Shown: one piece after another, positions 9,376-16,478 of the stretch
Layout: every line of letters starts with the position of its first letter
Numbering within the stretch: position 1 is the first letter of the stretch
Assembly: GCA_964423545.1 (NCBI GenBank)
Contig: CAYRFV010000092.1
Span: forward strand, 1-18,567
Direction: 5' to 3'
From: an uncultured Anaerolineales bacterium
Lineage (GTDB): Bacteria; Chloroflexota; Anaerolineae; CG2-30-64-16
DNA length: 18,567 nucleotides
The notes under the pieces: generated by a model
The model's database searches: none
What the model was told of the DNA's origin: nothing
The model's input: the letters and a program-made list of their open reading frames with translations, nothing else
Made by a program: the position numbers and the translations under genes

Positions 9376-10356
9376 CCTAGCAGCCAGCGCCAGCGCAATC
9401 TGCGCGCCGATGGCCGCGTTGTTCTCCAGCAACGCCAGGTTCGCACGCAGGCTGGTCTCCCCGGTCAGTTCGCTGATCCTGGCCAACAAGAACGGCGTCA
9501 GCGCCTTGCCCTTGACCTCTTGCGCTTCCGCCTCCTCCAGCGCCTGGTCGACCGCACTCTCCATCCGCTCTGCGGGCAGCTCGAACTGAGCGGGAACGGG
9601 CGCCGTCACCAACATGCCGCCTGGCAATCCTAACGCCCGCTGGGCCCGAAACAGCGCAACGACCTCGTCAGGCGTGTCGGCTCGCACGTCGACCGGCAAC
9701 CCGCTCGAACGATGATAGAACGCCGGAAAGTCATCGGTCCCATAGCCGACCACGGTCACACCGTATGTCTCCAGCCATTCCAGCGTTGCGGGCAGGTCAA
9801 GAATCGCCTTGGCGCCTGCGCATACGACGATGAGGGGGGTTTGCGCCAGCTCAGGGAGGTCGGCCGAGATATCGGTCGACAGAAAGCTGAATGTTGGTCG
9901 CTGAATGCTCGATGCCGGATGCCGGATGGCGGACGACGGGGCGGCATTGCCACGGCTCCTGCGACCCGCGGCCGACCCCATGCTGCCCCCCTCCAACTTC
10001 CAGCTTCCAGCCCTGTGCACCCCGCCGATGCCGCCGGTAGCGAACACCCGAATGCCGGCGCGGTGCGCAGCCCAGGCGGTCGTGGCGACGGTCGTGGCGC
10101 CGTCCAGCTTGCGCGCAACGACAATCGGCAGATCGCGGCGGCTGACCTTGCGCACGTCCGGCGCGGTCGCCAGATGCTCGATCTGGCCTCGACTCAGGCC
10201 GACCACGATCTCGCCGGCGATGATGCCGATCGTAGCAGGCGTCGCGCCGTGCTCAGCCACGATCTCCTCCAGCCGGAGCGCCAGCCGCAGGTTGTGCGGG
10301 TAAGGCAGGCCGTGGGAGATGACGGTGGATTCGAGGGCGACGACTGGTTGTACCAT
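9352..10356 (-). CDS. psuG: pseudouridine-5'-phosphate glycosidase (IndA/YeiN family) carrying a 38-aa in-frame low-complexity insertion
   Basis: The N-terminal 'VVALESTVISHGLPYPHN' matches the YeiN family. Other family motifs are 'KVSRRDLPIVVA', 'ATTVA', 'FATGGIGGVHR', 'DISADLPELAQTPLIVVCAGAKAILDL', 'TLEWLETYGVTVVGYGTD' and 'TPFLLARISELTGGETSL'. Between 'GGVHRAG' and 'STDISADL' an extra segment SWKLEGGSMGSAAGRRSRGNAAPSSAIRHPASSIQRPTFSFL occurs where E. coli YeiN has only 'AEHTF'. Confidence 0.85.
   Translation of the reverse strand: MVQPVVALESTVISHGLPYPHNLRLALRLEEIVAEHGATPATIGIIAGEIVVGLSRGQIEHLATAPDVRKVSRRDLPIVVARKLDGATTVATTAWAAHRAGIRVFATGGIGGVHRAGSWKLEGGSMGSAAGRRSRGNAAPSSAIRHPASSIQRPTFSFLSTDISADLPELAQTPLIVVCAGAKAILDLPATLEWLETYGVTVVGYGTDDFPAFYHRSSGLPVDVRADTPDEVVALFRAQRALGLPGGMLVTAPVPAQFELPAERMESAVDQALEEAEAQEVKGKALTPFLLARISELTGETSLRANLALLENNAAIGAQIALALAARQELDAGS
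9893..10006 (-). other. in-frame insertion of about 114 bp inside psuG containing short tandem repeats (gccggat x2 at 9914..9927; cttccag x2 at 9996..10009)
   Basis: The boundaries come from aligning the encoded protein against the PsuG family pattern by eye. The inserted DNA is low complexity with direct repeats. The edges are uncertain to about +/-10 bp. Confidence 0.5.
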
Positions 10357-10549
10357 CTCTCTCCTACACTTGTGTGAAGTCTCGGTTCTGGTGTGACCGG
10401 CTTGGCGAGCAGATGCTCAGTCAGGCCCGCAGACAAGCGATCTGGACTGAAAAAGGACGACCGGAGCCTTTCTGCACGATACGCACATAGAAAGCAAAGC
10501 GTAGCATCCTTGATTGCGCCACACAGCAAGCACGGGCTTCGGGTCCCGG

Positions 10550-11578
10550 TTATTCGCGATCTTTGCGGCGCACCCATGCGCGTTCTATCGCATTCGTGAC
10601 CTCTGGGTGTATCCGGATGCTGTCGATAGTGACATGGCGAATTTCGGTTCCCCAGTCTCCGGTCTTCTTGTTGGCCTCAACCCGGATCTGCTGCTCCAGA
10701 CCCTCATGATTGCGGGCAGCGGCGAGATCACAGACACCTTGCAGGTTGAGTTGCTGCCTGATCGCACGTTCAAGCGCTCGTCGCGTGGCGGTTTCCAGAT
10801 CAGGTTGGGCCTTTCCTAGCGCCAGGATTGAGTCTGGATCCAACAACAGCAGGACCTTGCCGGCAGCGTCTTTCACCGACTTTCGTCTGACGCCGTAAGA
10901 CGCCGATATCTGCGCTGAGCATACCATGCTCTCTTGGGTCAAGATATCATCCAGTCCTACGGTTAGCTGCTTGTCGCGGACGTCATACACAGCCTCCACT
11001 GACTCGTGTCCTCCGATCACCGCTGGTTGCATCAGCACCTTGGGCGTGCTGCCTGGTGCGCCCTTGACGATCACAGCACTACCGGTGTCAATCCGGAGCC
11101 GTCGAGGACCCTTGACCGGAATCGCGAGCGAGGCAGAAGCCAGTTTGCCATTGCTGACACGAACGTCCCCGCCAATCTTGCCCAGGGCGAGCTGCAAATG
11201 ATGCTCAAGCGCCGCGGAGGACTTTCCATCATAGAGATCGCGCTGAAGGTAGGCAGAGAACCAGAACACGACGATACTTGCCAGCAACACCCCAAGGGCG
11301 ACGGTCCATGGACCGATTACTACCATCAGCAGCAGGATCGCCAAGAGTAGCAGCAGGAACCCCAACCGCTTGTCCCCGCGCCTGGAAGCCAGAAGTATGA
11401 AGATGCTGGCAAGCAGAGGCGTACCGATGAGAAAGCCGGCGGGAGCCCATGATAGCTCCGGCTGGAGTTCAACCGAAATCTGCTTGAGTAGGAAATCCAC
11501 CCCGAGCAGTAGTATAGCTGTTCCTACAGTCAGAGCCACCAGCAGAACCGCGACCTCAGGTGCGTGGCGCGTGGCCAT
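10550..11578 (-). CDS. membrane protein with four N-terminal TM helices and a C-terminal divergent SPFH/band-7-like domain
   Basis: GAGGAG lies 6 nt upstream of the ATG at 11578. The hydrophobic N-terminus spans aa 9 to ~118. The C-terminal segment 'ETATRRALERAIRQQLNLQGVCDLAAARNHEGLEQQIRVEANKKTGDWGTEIRHVTIDSIRIHPEVTNAIE' resembles the SPFH C-terminal consensus (...WGI.V..V.I.DI.LP.EV..AM). Confidence 0.55.
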   Translation of the reverse strand: MATRHAPEVAVLLVALTVGTAILLLGVDFLLKQISVELQPELSWAPAGFLIGTPLLASIFILLASRRGDKRLGFLLLLLAILLLMVVIGPWTVALGVLLASIVVFWFSAYLQRDLYDGKSSAALEHHLQLALGKIGGDVRVSNGKLASASLAIPVKGPRRLRIDTGSAVIVKGAPGSTPKVLMQPAVIGGHESVEAVYDVRDKQLTVGLDDILTQESMVCSAQISASYGVRRKSVKDAAGKVLLLLDPDSILALGKAQPDLETATRRALERAIRQQLNLQGVCDLAAARNHEGLEQQIRVEANKKTGDWGTEIRHVTIDSIRIHPEVTNAIERAWVRRKDRE

Positions 11579-11627
11579 AGATCACTCCTCTGCCGCATGA
11601 TGCAGTACATCACTGGAGGGTTTGGAT

Positions 11628-12617
11628 TCAGACCGCAGAACCCATCCCCTCCACCACCGGCAGCCCAAAACCCTCGTACTCGCTCACGAAAACGCTCGCC
11701 AGCGCCAGCGAATAGAGCGCGGGCTTGTCGGCTTCATCCACCCAGCCAGTGAAATGCACGCGATCCGTGATCCCCAGCCGCGCCACCACTGGCCGCGGAT
11801 CGGGCGCGAAGGCGGTGTCAGCGGCCGGGAGCCGACCGGCAATGACGAACGCAGGCGGGCCTTGGACTTGAGACGGCGAGCGATCCCCTGCTCCGTATCG
11901 TCGTTCATCGTCCATCATCCATCGCTCGATCATGCGCGCATAGGCATCGATCGTCCGCACCACGTTCTTCCGCGCATCAAAACCACCGAGATAGAGCAGA
12001 AACGGCTCGTCGGGCAAGCTGTATTTCGCACGGACGCGCTGGAGCTCGGCCAGGTCTGTGACGGGACGATAGCGCGGATCAGCAGCCAGGTGGATGGCGT
12101 GGATGCGCTCGGCCGGCACACCCAGGTGCGCGATGATGTCGGTCTTGCTGGCCTCCGAGTCGGTCAGCACGGCGGCGGCGCGCTGCGCCGTGCGGCCGAC
12201 CAGCCAGGCATAGGCGCGCTGAAGCGGGCCGCCGCGGTACAGCGGCAGCAGCAGCGGGATCAAATCATGAATCGTGACAACGACCGGACAGGGCCGCCAC
12301 CACGGTGAGCCCCAGTAGGGTACGAAGGCTGCGTCCGCGCGCAGGCGCAGACAGTTCCACGGGAAGGCAATCTGCTCGAACCAGAGCTTGGCGAGATTGG
12401 ACGAAAAACGAGCAAGATGCAGCGAGAAACGTGATGCACGATACGTGATGCGCGGCGCGTCATCCGTCGTCCGTCGTCGGTCGTCGGTCGTCAGCCCGAC
12501 CACCATAAACTCGTACGCATCCCCTAGGCGCGGGAGCCACTCCAGCAGCGCCGCAAGGTACTGCCCGCTGCCGGTGGTCAACTGATCATGGAACCAACCA
12601 TTGATGACGATGCGCAT
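11628..12617 (-). CDS. GT4-family (GT-B fold) glycosyltransferase, apparently C-terminally truncated; the ORF stops inside the EX7E donor-binding motif
   Basis: It has the GT4 N-terminal acceptor-domain pattern (MRIVINGWF...GSGQY) and ends 'KPALYSLALASVFVSEYEGFGLPVVEGMGSAV*'. Canonical GT4 enzymes continue about 70-90 aa beyond E-G-F-G-L-P-x-x-E-A-M-A-x-G. Only 49 bp separate this stop from the next gene's start. No continuation exists in another frame. Confidence 0.65.
   Translation of the reverse strand: MRIVINGWFHDQLTTGSGQYLAALLEWLPRLGDAYEFMVVGLTTDDRRRTTDDAPRITYRASRFSLHLARFSSNLAKLWFEQIAFPWNCLRLRADAAFVPYWGSPWWRPCPVVVTIHDLIPLLLPLYRGGPLQRAYAWLVGRTAQRAAAVLTDSEASKTDIIAHLGVPAERIHAIHLAADPRYRPVTDLAELQRVRAKYSLPDEPFLLYLGGFDARKNVVRTIDAYARMIERWMMDDERRYGAGDRSPSQVQGPPAFVIAGRLPAADTAFAPDPRPVVARLGITDRVHFTGWVDEADKPALYSLALASVFVSEYEGFGLPVVEGMGSAV
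12464..12491. repeat. 7-bp tandem repeat (CCGTCGT x2, CGGTCGT x2) inside the GT4 gene
   Basis: tcatCCGTCGTCCGTCGTCGGTCGTCGGTCGTcag encodes TTDDRRRTTDD on the minus strand. A nearby 8-mer GTGATGC(A/G) is also duplicated (12429..12451). The 7-bp unit is not a multiple of 3. Confidence 0.6.
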
Positions 12618-12665
12618 AGGTGGATCGGCCGGCCCAAGAGCGCACGAGAGAAGGTGACAGGGGAA

Positions 12666-12694
12666 GAGTAGCGCAAGCCTAGAAATATGTCAAT
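12666..12694 (-). promoter_or_regulatory. candidate promoter for the GT4 gene: -35 TTGACA (plus 12689..12694), 17-bp spacer, -10 TACTCT (plus 12666..12671)
   Basis: The minus strand reads cccagaTTGACAtatttctaggcttgcgcTACTCTtcc. It lies in the 112-bp gap between the GH2 stop and the GT4 start. The -10 is weak. Confidence 0.3.
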
Positions 12695-12729
12695 CTGGGA
12701 TCGAAGCTGCCGCAGACACAGCCGCGTGG

Positions 12730-15090
12730 CTATCCGGCGACCAGTCGATCGGCCAGCCAGCGGATCAGCCGGCGGCGGAGCGGAGAAGGCCCGGTCAGAT
12801 GCGAGGCGAGCTGATAGCGGTTGGAGGCCAGAGCTGCGCCGTTGCAGCTCAGGCGGAGGGTGAGCTGCTGTGCGGGCTGTTCCAGAACGAACGCAAACTC
12901 GCCCACGCGCACGGCGGTGGCTGGTGGCAAGCCAAGGTCGTTCGCCGTCCACACCGTTGCGCCGTCAAGGGTGGCGCGCGCTCGGCAACTCGGATAACGT
13001 TGCAGCCCATCGTTGACCAGCCAAATCTCAGCCTCGAACTGGTCGCCCGCTGCATAACGACGCCAGGGGAAACGCGCTGCAATCAGCACCGGCTGAAAGC
13101 TGCGCCGAAGCATCTCGTACGCCGACTTCGGGCGTCCCGCTCGATCGATCACCGACCACGTGACGGCGGGCCACGGCTCGTTGAACTGCCAGAAAACCAC
13201 GCCGCCGCACTCGCCGCGCCGCAGTCGCGCTGCCTCGATGCCGACCTGCAGCGCCGTCATCTGCGCGCGCTGCGTGGCGGCGACTGTGAAGCGGAGATCA
13301 CCCTCCAGTGGAGGATTGGCATAGTGCTTCAGCTTATCGACCTGGGCCTTGCGTTCGCGCCAGCGCGGGTCGCGCAGCAGGCGGGGCGGGTGACCGGAGA
13401 ACATCTGCGACACCGTGGCCAGGTGCGGCAAGGCTTGCAGGCCGAATTCGCTCATGAAAGACGGCTTCTCATCGGCCAGCCTCGTCCACGGGGCGAAGCC
13501 GTGCCAGACGCGCCACTGGTGCACGTCGCCGTCGGAGGGCGAAGCGGGGATGAAGATGCGATCCGGATCCTCCTGCGCTAGCACCTGCTGGATGGCTGAA
13601 AGGGGCAGTCTCTCGCGCTCGGGATGGATTTCATTGCCGCCGCACCAGGCGATCAGGCTGGGATGGTTGCGCAAGAGGCGCGCCGTGCCACGCACCTCCT
13701 GGCTCAGCAGATCGAGGTACGCTGGTTCGCGCGGATAGTGATCCAGGAAGGCGCATGCGAGTGGAAACTCCTGCCATGCCATGATGCCCATACGGTCGCA
13801 CAGATCCCAGAACGCACGCTTCTCCCGCACCCCCCCGCCCCAGACGCGCAGGAAATTGATGCCTGCGGCGCGTGCCTGCCACAAGAGCGACGCGTAGTCG
13901 GTGTCAGTCACGCGGCCGGGCAACACGTCGGCGGGCGTCCAGTTCGCTCCGCGCAGGAAAACGGGCCGGCCGTTGACCACGAACCGCCACGGGGCGCCGC
14001 CGGGCAGCGCCTCGCGCCGCACCGAACGCACGCCAACCAACTGGCTGATCTGGTCCAGCAGGTCGTCGCCATCCAGGAGACGCACGGTGACGCAATACAG
14101 GTGTGGCTCGCCCTGATCCCACGGCCACCAGCGACGGACGGAAGCCAGGTCGAGACTGAAACTGAAGTTGACGCTCATACCACGATCCGGCGAACCCGCT
14201 GGCGGTGCGAGGGGCACGCGCTTGAGCGCAGACCAAGGCTGATCAGGCCTCTCGGTCTCCATCGATGCCGGAGGTCTCGAATACGCATCACCGTCGGCAT
14301 CGGCTGCAACGCGCTGCTCCTCAACCTCAATCTCTGCCGCAAGCCGCCGGTCACGCCACTGGCTGGTCGACAGCCACACCTGCAATCGCGCCGGCGTCGG
14401 ATCGTCGCGCTCGGTCAGCGGCTCGGCCAGCACGCGCAGATCCTCGATGTATACGCTACGGGCAATGACCAGCCTGAGATCGTCCCAGATGCCGGTGCTG
14501 AGCAGTTTCGGCGCGAAATCCCACCCAAAGCTGAACTGCGCCTTTGGCGTCGCCATGCGATCGGGGAAATACTCGACGCCGGGGCTGACGCGCTGCGCCA
14601 GCCACCGAATGGCGCGCCGATGCGGGGGATTGGCCAGCCTGGGCAGCGCACCGCCGCCCCAGATGCGGATGGCCAGCACGTGCGTGCAGTCGGTGGTGTT
14701 GATCCACGGCGACAGAGCAAGGGTCTGGCGGGAAAACATGCCGGAGTGCGTGGCGAGCAGCCTGTCGTCCAACCAGATGGCGCTGTGGTAGTCGATGCCG
14801 TCGGCTTCGAGGAAGACCTGCTCATCCGCGGAGAAGCCGCCTGGGATCACCGTGCGGCACCACCAATCGCTGTCATCGACCCAGTCGCCCGCTGCGATGC
14901 CTTCGGGCGTCTCCACCGGCGGGATGCAACCGGCCGCAATCAGATCGGCGCGCACGTCGCCAGGAATGCGCGCCGGAAACCATTCGCGCACAAGCGCGCG
15001 GTCATCCAAAGGCGACGCACAAAAAGACTGACGCGCAGCCCGACCGATCTGCCAATCAAGTGAGCCCAGATTGACGATGCGTCGAGACAT
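12730..15090 (-). CDS. glycoside hydrolase family 2 protein, beta-mannosidase-like
   Basis: The 786-aa protein has a GH2 sugar-binding N-terminus (LDWQIGRA...WFPARIPGDVRADLIAAGCIPP...W..DSDWWCRTVIP). The TIM-barrel motifs are 'FLRGANWTPAD', 'NHPSLIAWCGGNEIHPE' (acid/base Glu context) and 'MSEFGLQALP' (nucleophile Glu context, compare 'SEFGFQSFP' in beta-mannosidases). Confidence 0.85.
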   Translation of the reverse strand: MSRRIVNLGSLDWQIGRAARQSFCASPLDDRALVREWFPARIPGDVRADLIAAGCIPPVETPEGIAAGDWVDDSDWWCRTVIPGGFSADEQVFLEADGIDYHSAIWLDDRLLATHSGMFSRQTLALSPWINTTDCTHVLAIRIWGGGALPRLANPPHRRAIRWLAQRVSPGVEYFPDRMATPKAQFSFGWDFAPKLLSTGIWDDLRLVIARSVYIEDLRVLAEPLTERDDPTPARLQVWLSTSQWRDRRLAAEIEVEEQRVAADADGDAYSRPPASMETERPDQPWSALKRVPLAPPAGSPDRGMSVNFSFSLDLASVRRWWPWDQGEPHLYCVTVRLLDGDDLLDQISQLVGVRSVRREALPGGAPWRFVVNGRPVFLRGANWTPADVLPGRVTDTDYASLLWQARAAGINFLRVWGGGVREKRAFWDLCDRMGIMAWQEFPLACAFLDHYPREPAYLDLLSQEVRGTARLLRNHPSLIAWCGGNEIHPERERLPLSAIQQVLAQEDPDRIFIPASPSDGDVHQWRVWHGFAPWTRLADEKPSFMSEFGLQALPHLATVSQMFSGHPPRLLRDPRWRERKAQVDKLKHYANPPLEGDLRFTVAATQRAQMTALQVGIEAARLRRGECGGVVFWQFNEPWPAVTWSVIDRAGRPKSAYEMLRRSFQPVLIAARFPWRRYAAGDQFEAEIWLVNDGLQRYPSCRARATLDGATVWTANDLGLPPATAVRVGEFAFVLEQPAQQLTLRLSCNGAALASNRYQLASHLTGPSPLRRRLIRWLADRLVAG

Positions 15091-15128
15091 GAGACTGCAA
15101 GTATTGGTATTGCCTGGAACTGGGGTGT

Positions 15129-15156
15129 ATCATAGCATACTTTGCGCAAAAGACAA
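15129..15156 (-). promoter_or_regulatory. candidate promoter for the GH2 gene: -35 TTGTCT, 16-bp spacer containing the perfect palindrome TTTGCGCAAA, extended -10 TGcTATGAT
   Basis: The minus strand reads TTGTCTtttgcgcaaagtaTGcTATGATac, about 40 nt upstream of the GH2 ATG at 15090. Confidence 0.35.
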
Positions 15157-15162
15157 GTTGGC

Positions 15163-15191
15163 TTTGGAGAGCTGCGCACGTGTGCTATAAT
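15163..15191 (+). promoter_or_regulatory. candidate promoter for the M50 protease/HD operon: extended -10 TGcTATAAT (15183..15191) with a weak -35 (TTTGGA/TTGGAG)
   Basis: gTGcTATAAT is a textbook extended -10. It sits back-to-back with the GH2 promoter in the divergent intergenic region. Confidence 0.4.
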
Positions 15192-15200
15192 CCACCCAAG

Positions 15201-15245
15201 CCGCAGGCTGCGGGTCGCACGTTGCGAGTCGCACGTTGCGAGTCG
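15201..15245 (+). repeat. palindrome CCGCAGgCTGCGG (15201..15213) followed by two tandem copies of the 14-mer TCGCACGTTGCGAG (15215..15228, 15229..15242), each itself the 13-bp palindrome TCGCAcgtTGCGA
   Basis: It lies between the -10 (15186..15191) and the M50 start codon (15261). It is therefore either an operator array or a 5'UTR able to fold into three consecutive small hairpins. Confidence 0.6.
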
Positions 15246-15260
15246 TAATCGGAGATCTCT

Positions 15261-15905
15261 TTGCTGGATATCAACAGCCTGATTGATCCATCCACATTGC
15301 TTGCGCTGGCAATCATCCTGCTGGTGAGCTTCCCTGTGCATGAGTTCGCGCACGCATGGGTGGCCTACCGACTCGGAGACGACACGGCGGCGCAGCAAGG
15401 CCGGCTCTCCCTGAATCCGCTCCGCCACCTCGATCCGCTCGGCTCGATCCTGTTGATCGCCACGCAGGCGTTCGGCTGGGCGAAACCTGTGCCGGTGGCG
15501 CCCTGGCGCTTACGACATGGCCCCCGCGCCGGTCACGCCCTGGTGTCGCTTGCCGGGCCGATCAGCAACCTGCTGATGGCGGCCGGCGTGGCTGCGGTGT
15601 GGCGCACGGGTCTGCTGGAGCGCCTGCCGGTCGATCTGGATCTGACCGTATTCATCTTCGTTTCGATCAACATCACGCTGTTTCTGTTCAATCTGATCCC
15701 ACTGGGACCGCTGGACGGATTCAGCGTGCTGAACGGCATCGTCGATGCGCGCACGTCCCAGGTGCTGCAGCCGCTGTCCACCTATGGGCCGTTTATTCTG
15801 ATGGGCCTGCTCCTCTTGGGCAATGTAGCGCCGGGCTTCAACCTCGTGGGGCGTTTCCTGGCCGAGGGGACACAAGTCGCGATGCGGCTGTTGCTCGGAT
15901 ACTGA
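15261..15905 (+). CDS. site-2 protease family (peptidase M50) intramembrane zinc metalloprotease
   Basis: A TTG start follows an in-frame TAA at 15246, with GGAG 6 nt upstream. The HExxH motif is in the TM helix 'LLVSFPVHEFAHAWV'. The second metal-ligand motif is 'NLIPLGPLDGFSVL' (LDG). Confidence 0.8.
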   Translation: MLDINSLIDPSTLLALAIILLVSFPVHEFAHAWVAYRLGDDTAAQQGRLSLNPLRHLDPLGSILLIATQAFGWAKPVPVAPWRLRHGPRAGHALVSLAGPISNLLMAAGVAAVWRTGLLERLPVDLDLTVFIFVSINITLFLFNLIPLGPLDGFSVLNGIVDARTSQVLQPLSTYGPFILMGLLLLGNVAPGFNLVGRFLAEGTQVAMRLLLGY

Positions 15906-16462
15906 TGGGCGCCAACCGCCCACGGCGGGTCATCTACCGCGTTCGCCAGTTCTTCCGGGTCCTGACCGATGGCTTCAAACCGCTGACCCCGGAAGAGCGG
16001 CGCACTGCCTGGAAGCATCTGCCTGAGACGGCGCACCGCCTGTACGACGCCATGCCGTGCGCCGACCAGCGACACAGCCTGAGAGTGCTGCACACACTGA
16101 CGGCTGCCGGGCACGACGAGCCGGCCTTGTTGCAGGCGGCGCTGCTGCACGATTGCGCCAAGCGTGAAGCGGGCATCCGCATCTGGCATCGGGTCGCGCT
16201 GGTGTTGCTGAAGACATTCTGGCCGCGCATGGCCATGCGCTGGGAAGCCGATCCGGCCCCGGCGCGCATGGACTGGCGCTATCCTATGCGGGCGCAGCTA
16301 CATCACCCGGAACGCGGCGCCGCGCTCGCGGCCGCGGCGGGGTGCGATCCGCTGGCTGTCACGCTGATTCGGCGGCACCAGGATCCGCGTGCCTCATGCG
16401 CCTCCGATCCGATCACGGACCGGCTGGTAGCGGCCCTCCAGGCCGCTGACGACGACAACTAG
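15905..16462 (+). CDS. HD-domain protein (putative metal-dependent phosphohydrolase), translationally coupled to the M50 gene
   Basis: The ATG at 15905 overlaps the M50 TGA stop (cTGATGg). The 185-aa protein has 'HSLRVLHTL...' and 'AALLHDCAKRE' (His...His-Asp...Lys pattern of HD domains, compare 'ALLHDIGK'). The track's 368-aa ORF starting at 15356 is an out-of-frame upstream extension over the M50 gene. Confidence 0.55.
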   Translation: MGANRPRRVIYRVRQFFRVLTDGFKPLTPEERRTAWKHLPETAHRLYDAMPCADQRHSLRVLHTLTAAGHDEPALLQAALLHDCAKREAGIRIWHRVALVLLKTFWPRMAMRWEADPAPARMDWRYPMRAQLHHPERGAALAAAAGCDPLAVTLIRRHQDPRASCASDPITDRLVAALQAADDDN

Positions 16463-16478
16463 ACGAGGAATGCAGAGC

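Noticed and set aside
10520-10549. Terminator downstream of the minus-strand SPFH gene (CGGG-cttcgggt-CCCG)
   Set aside because: It has only a 4-bp stem and no U-tract. This is too weak to call.
13624-15063. 479-aa plus-strand ORF antisense to the GH2 gene
   Set aside because: The GH2 motifs (NE acid/base, SEFG nucleophile) are on the minus strand. The plus-strand ORF is R/P/A-rich with no domain features.
15356-16462. 368-aa ORF in the track starting inside the M50 gene in another frame
   Set aside because: Only the last 185 codons (from the ATG at 15905 that overlaps the M50 stop) look like a real HD-domain protein. The upstream 183 codons overlap the M50 gene out of frame and are Arg/Pro/Ala-rich noise.
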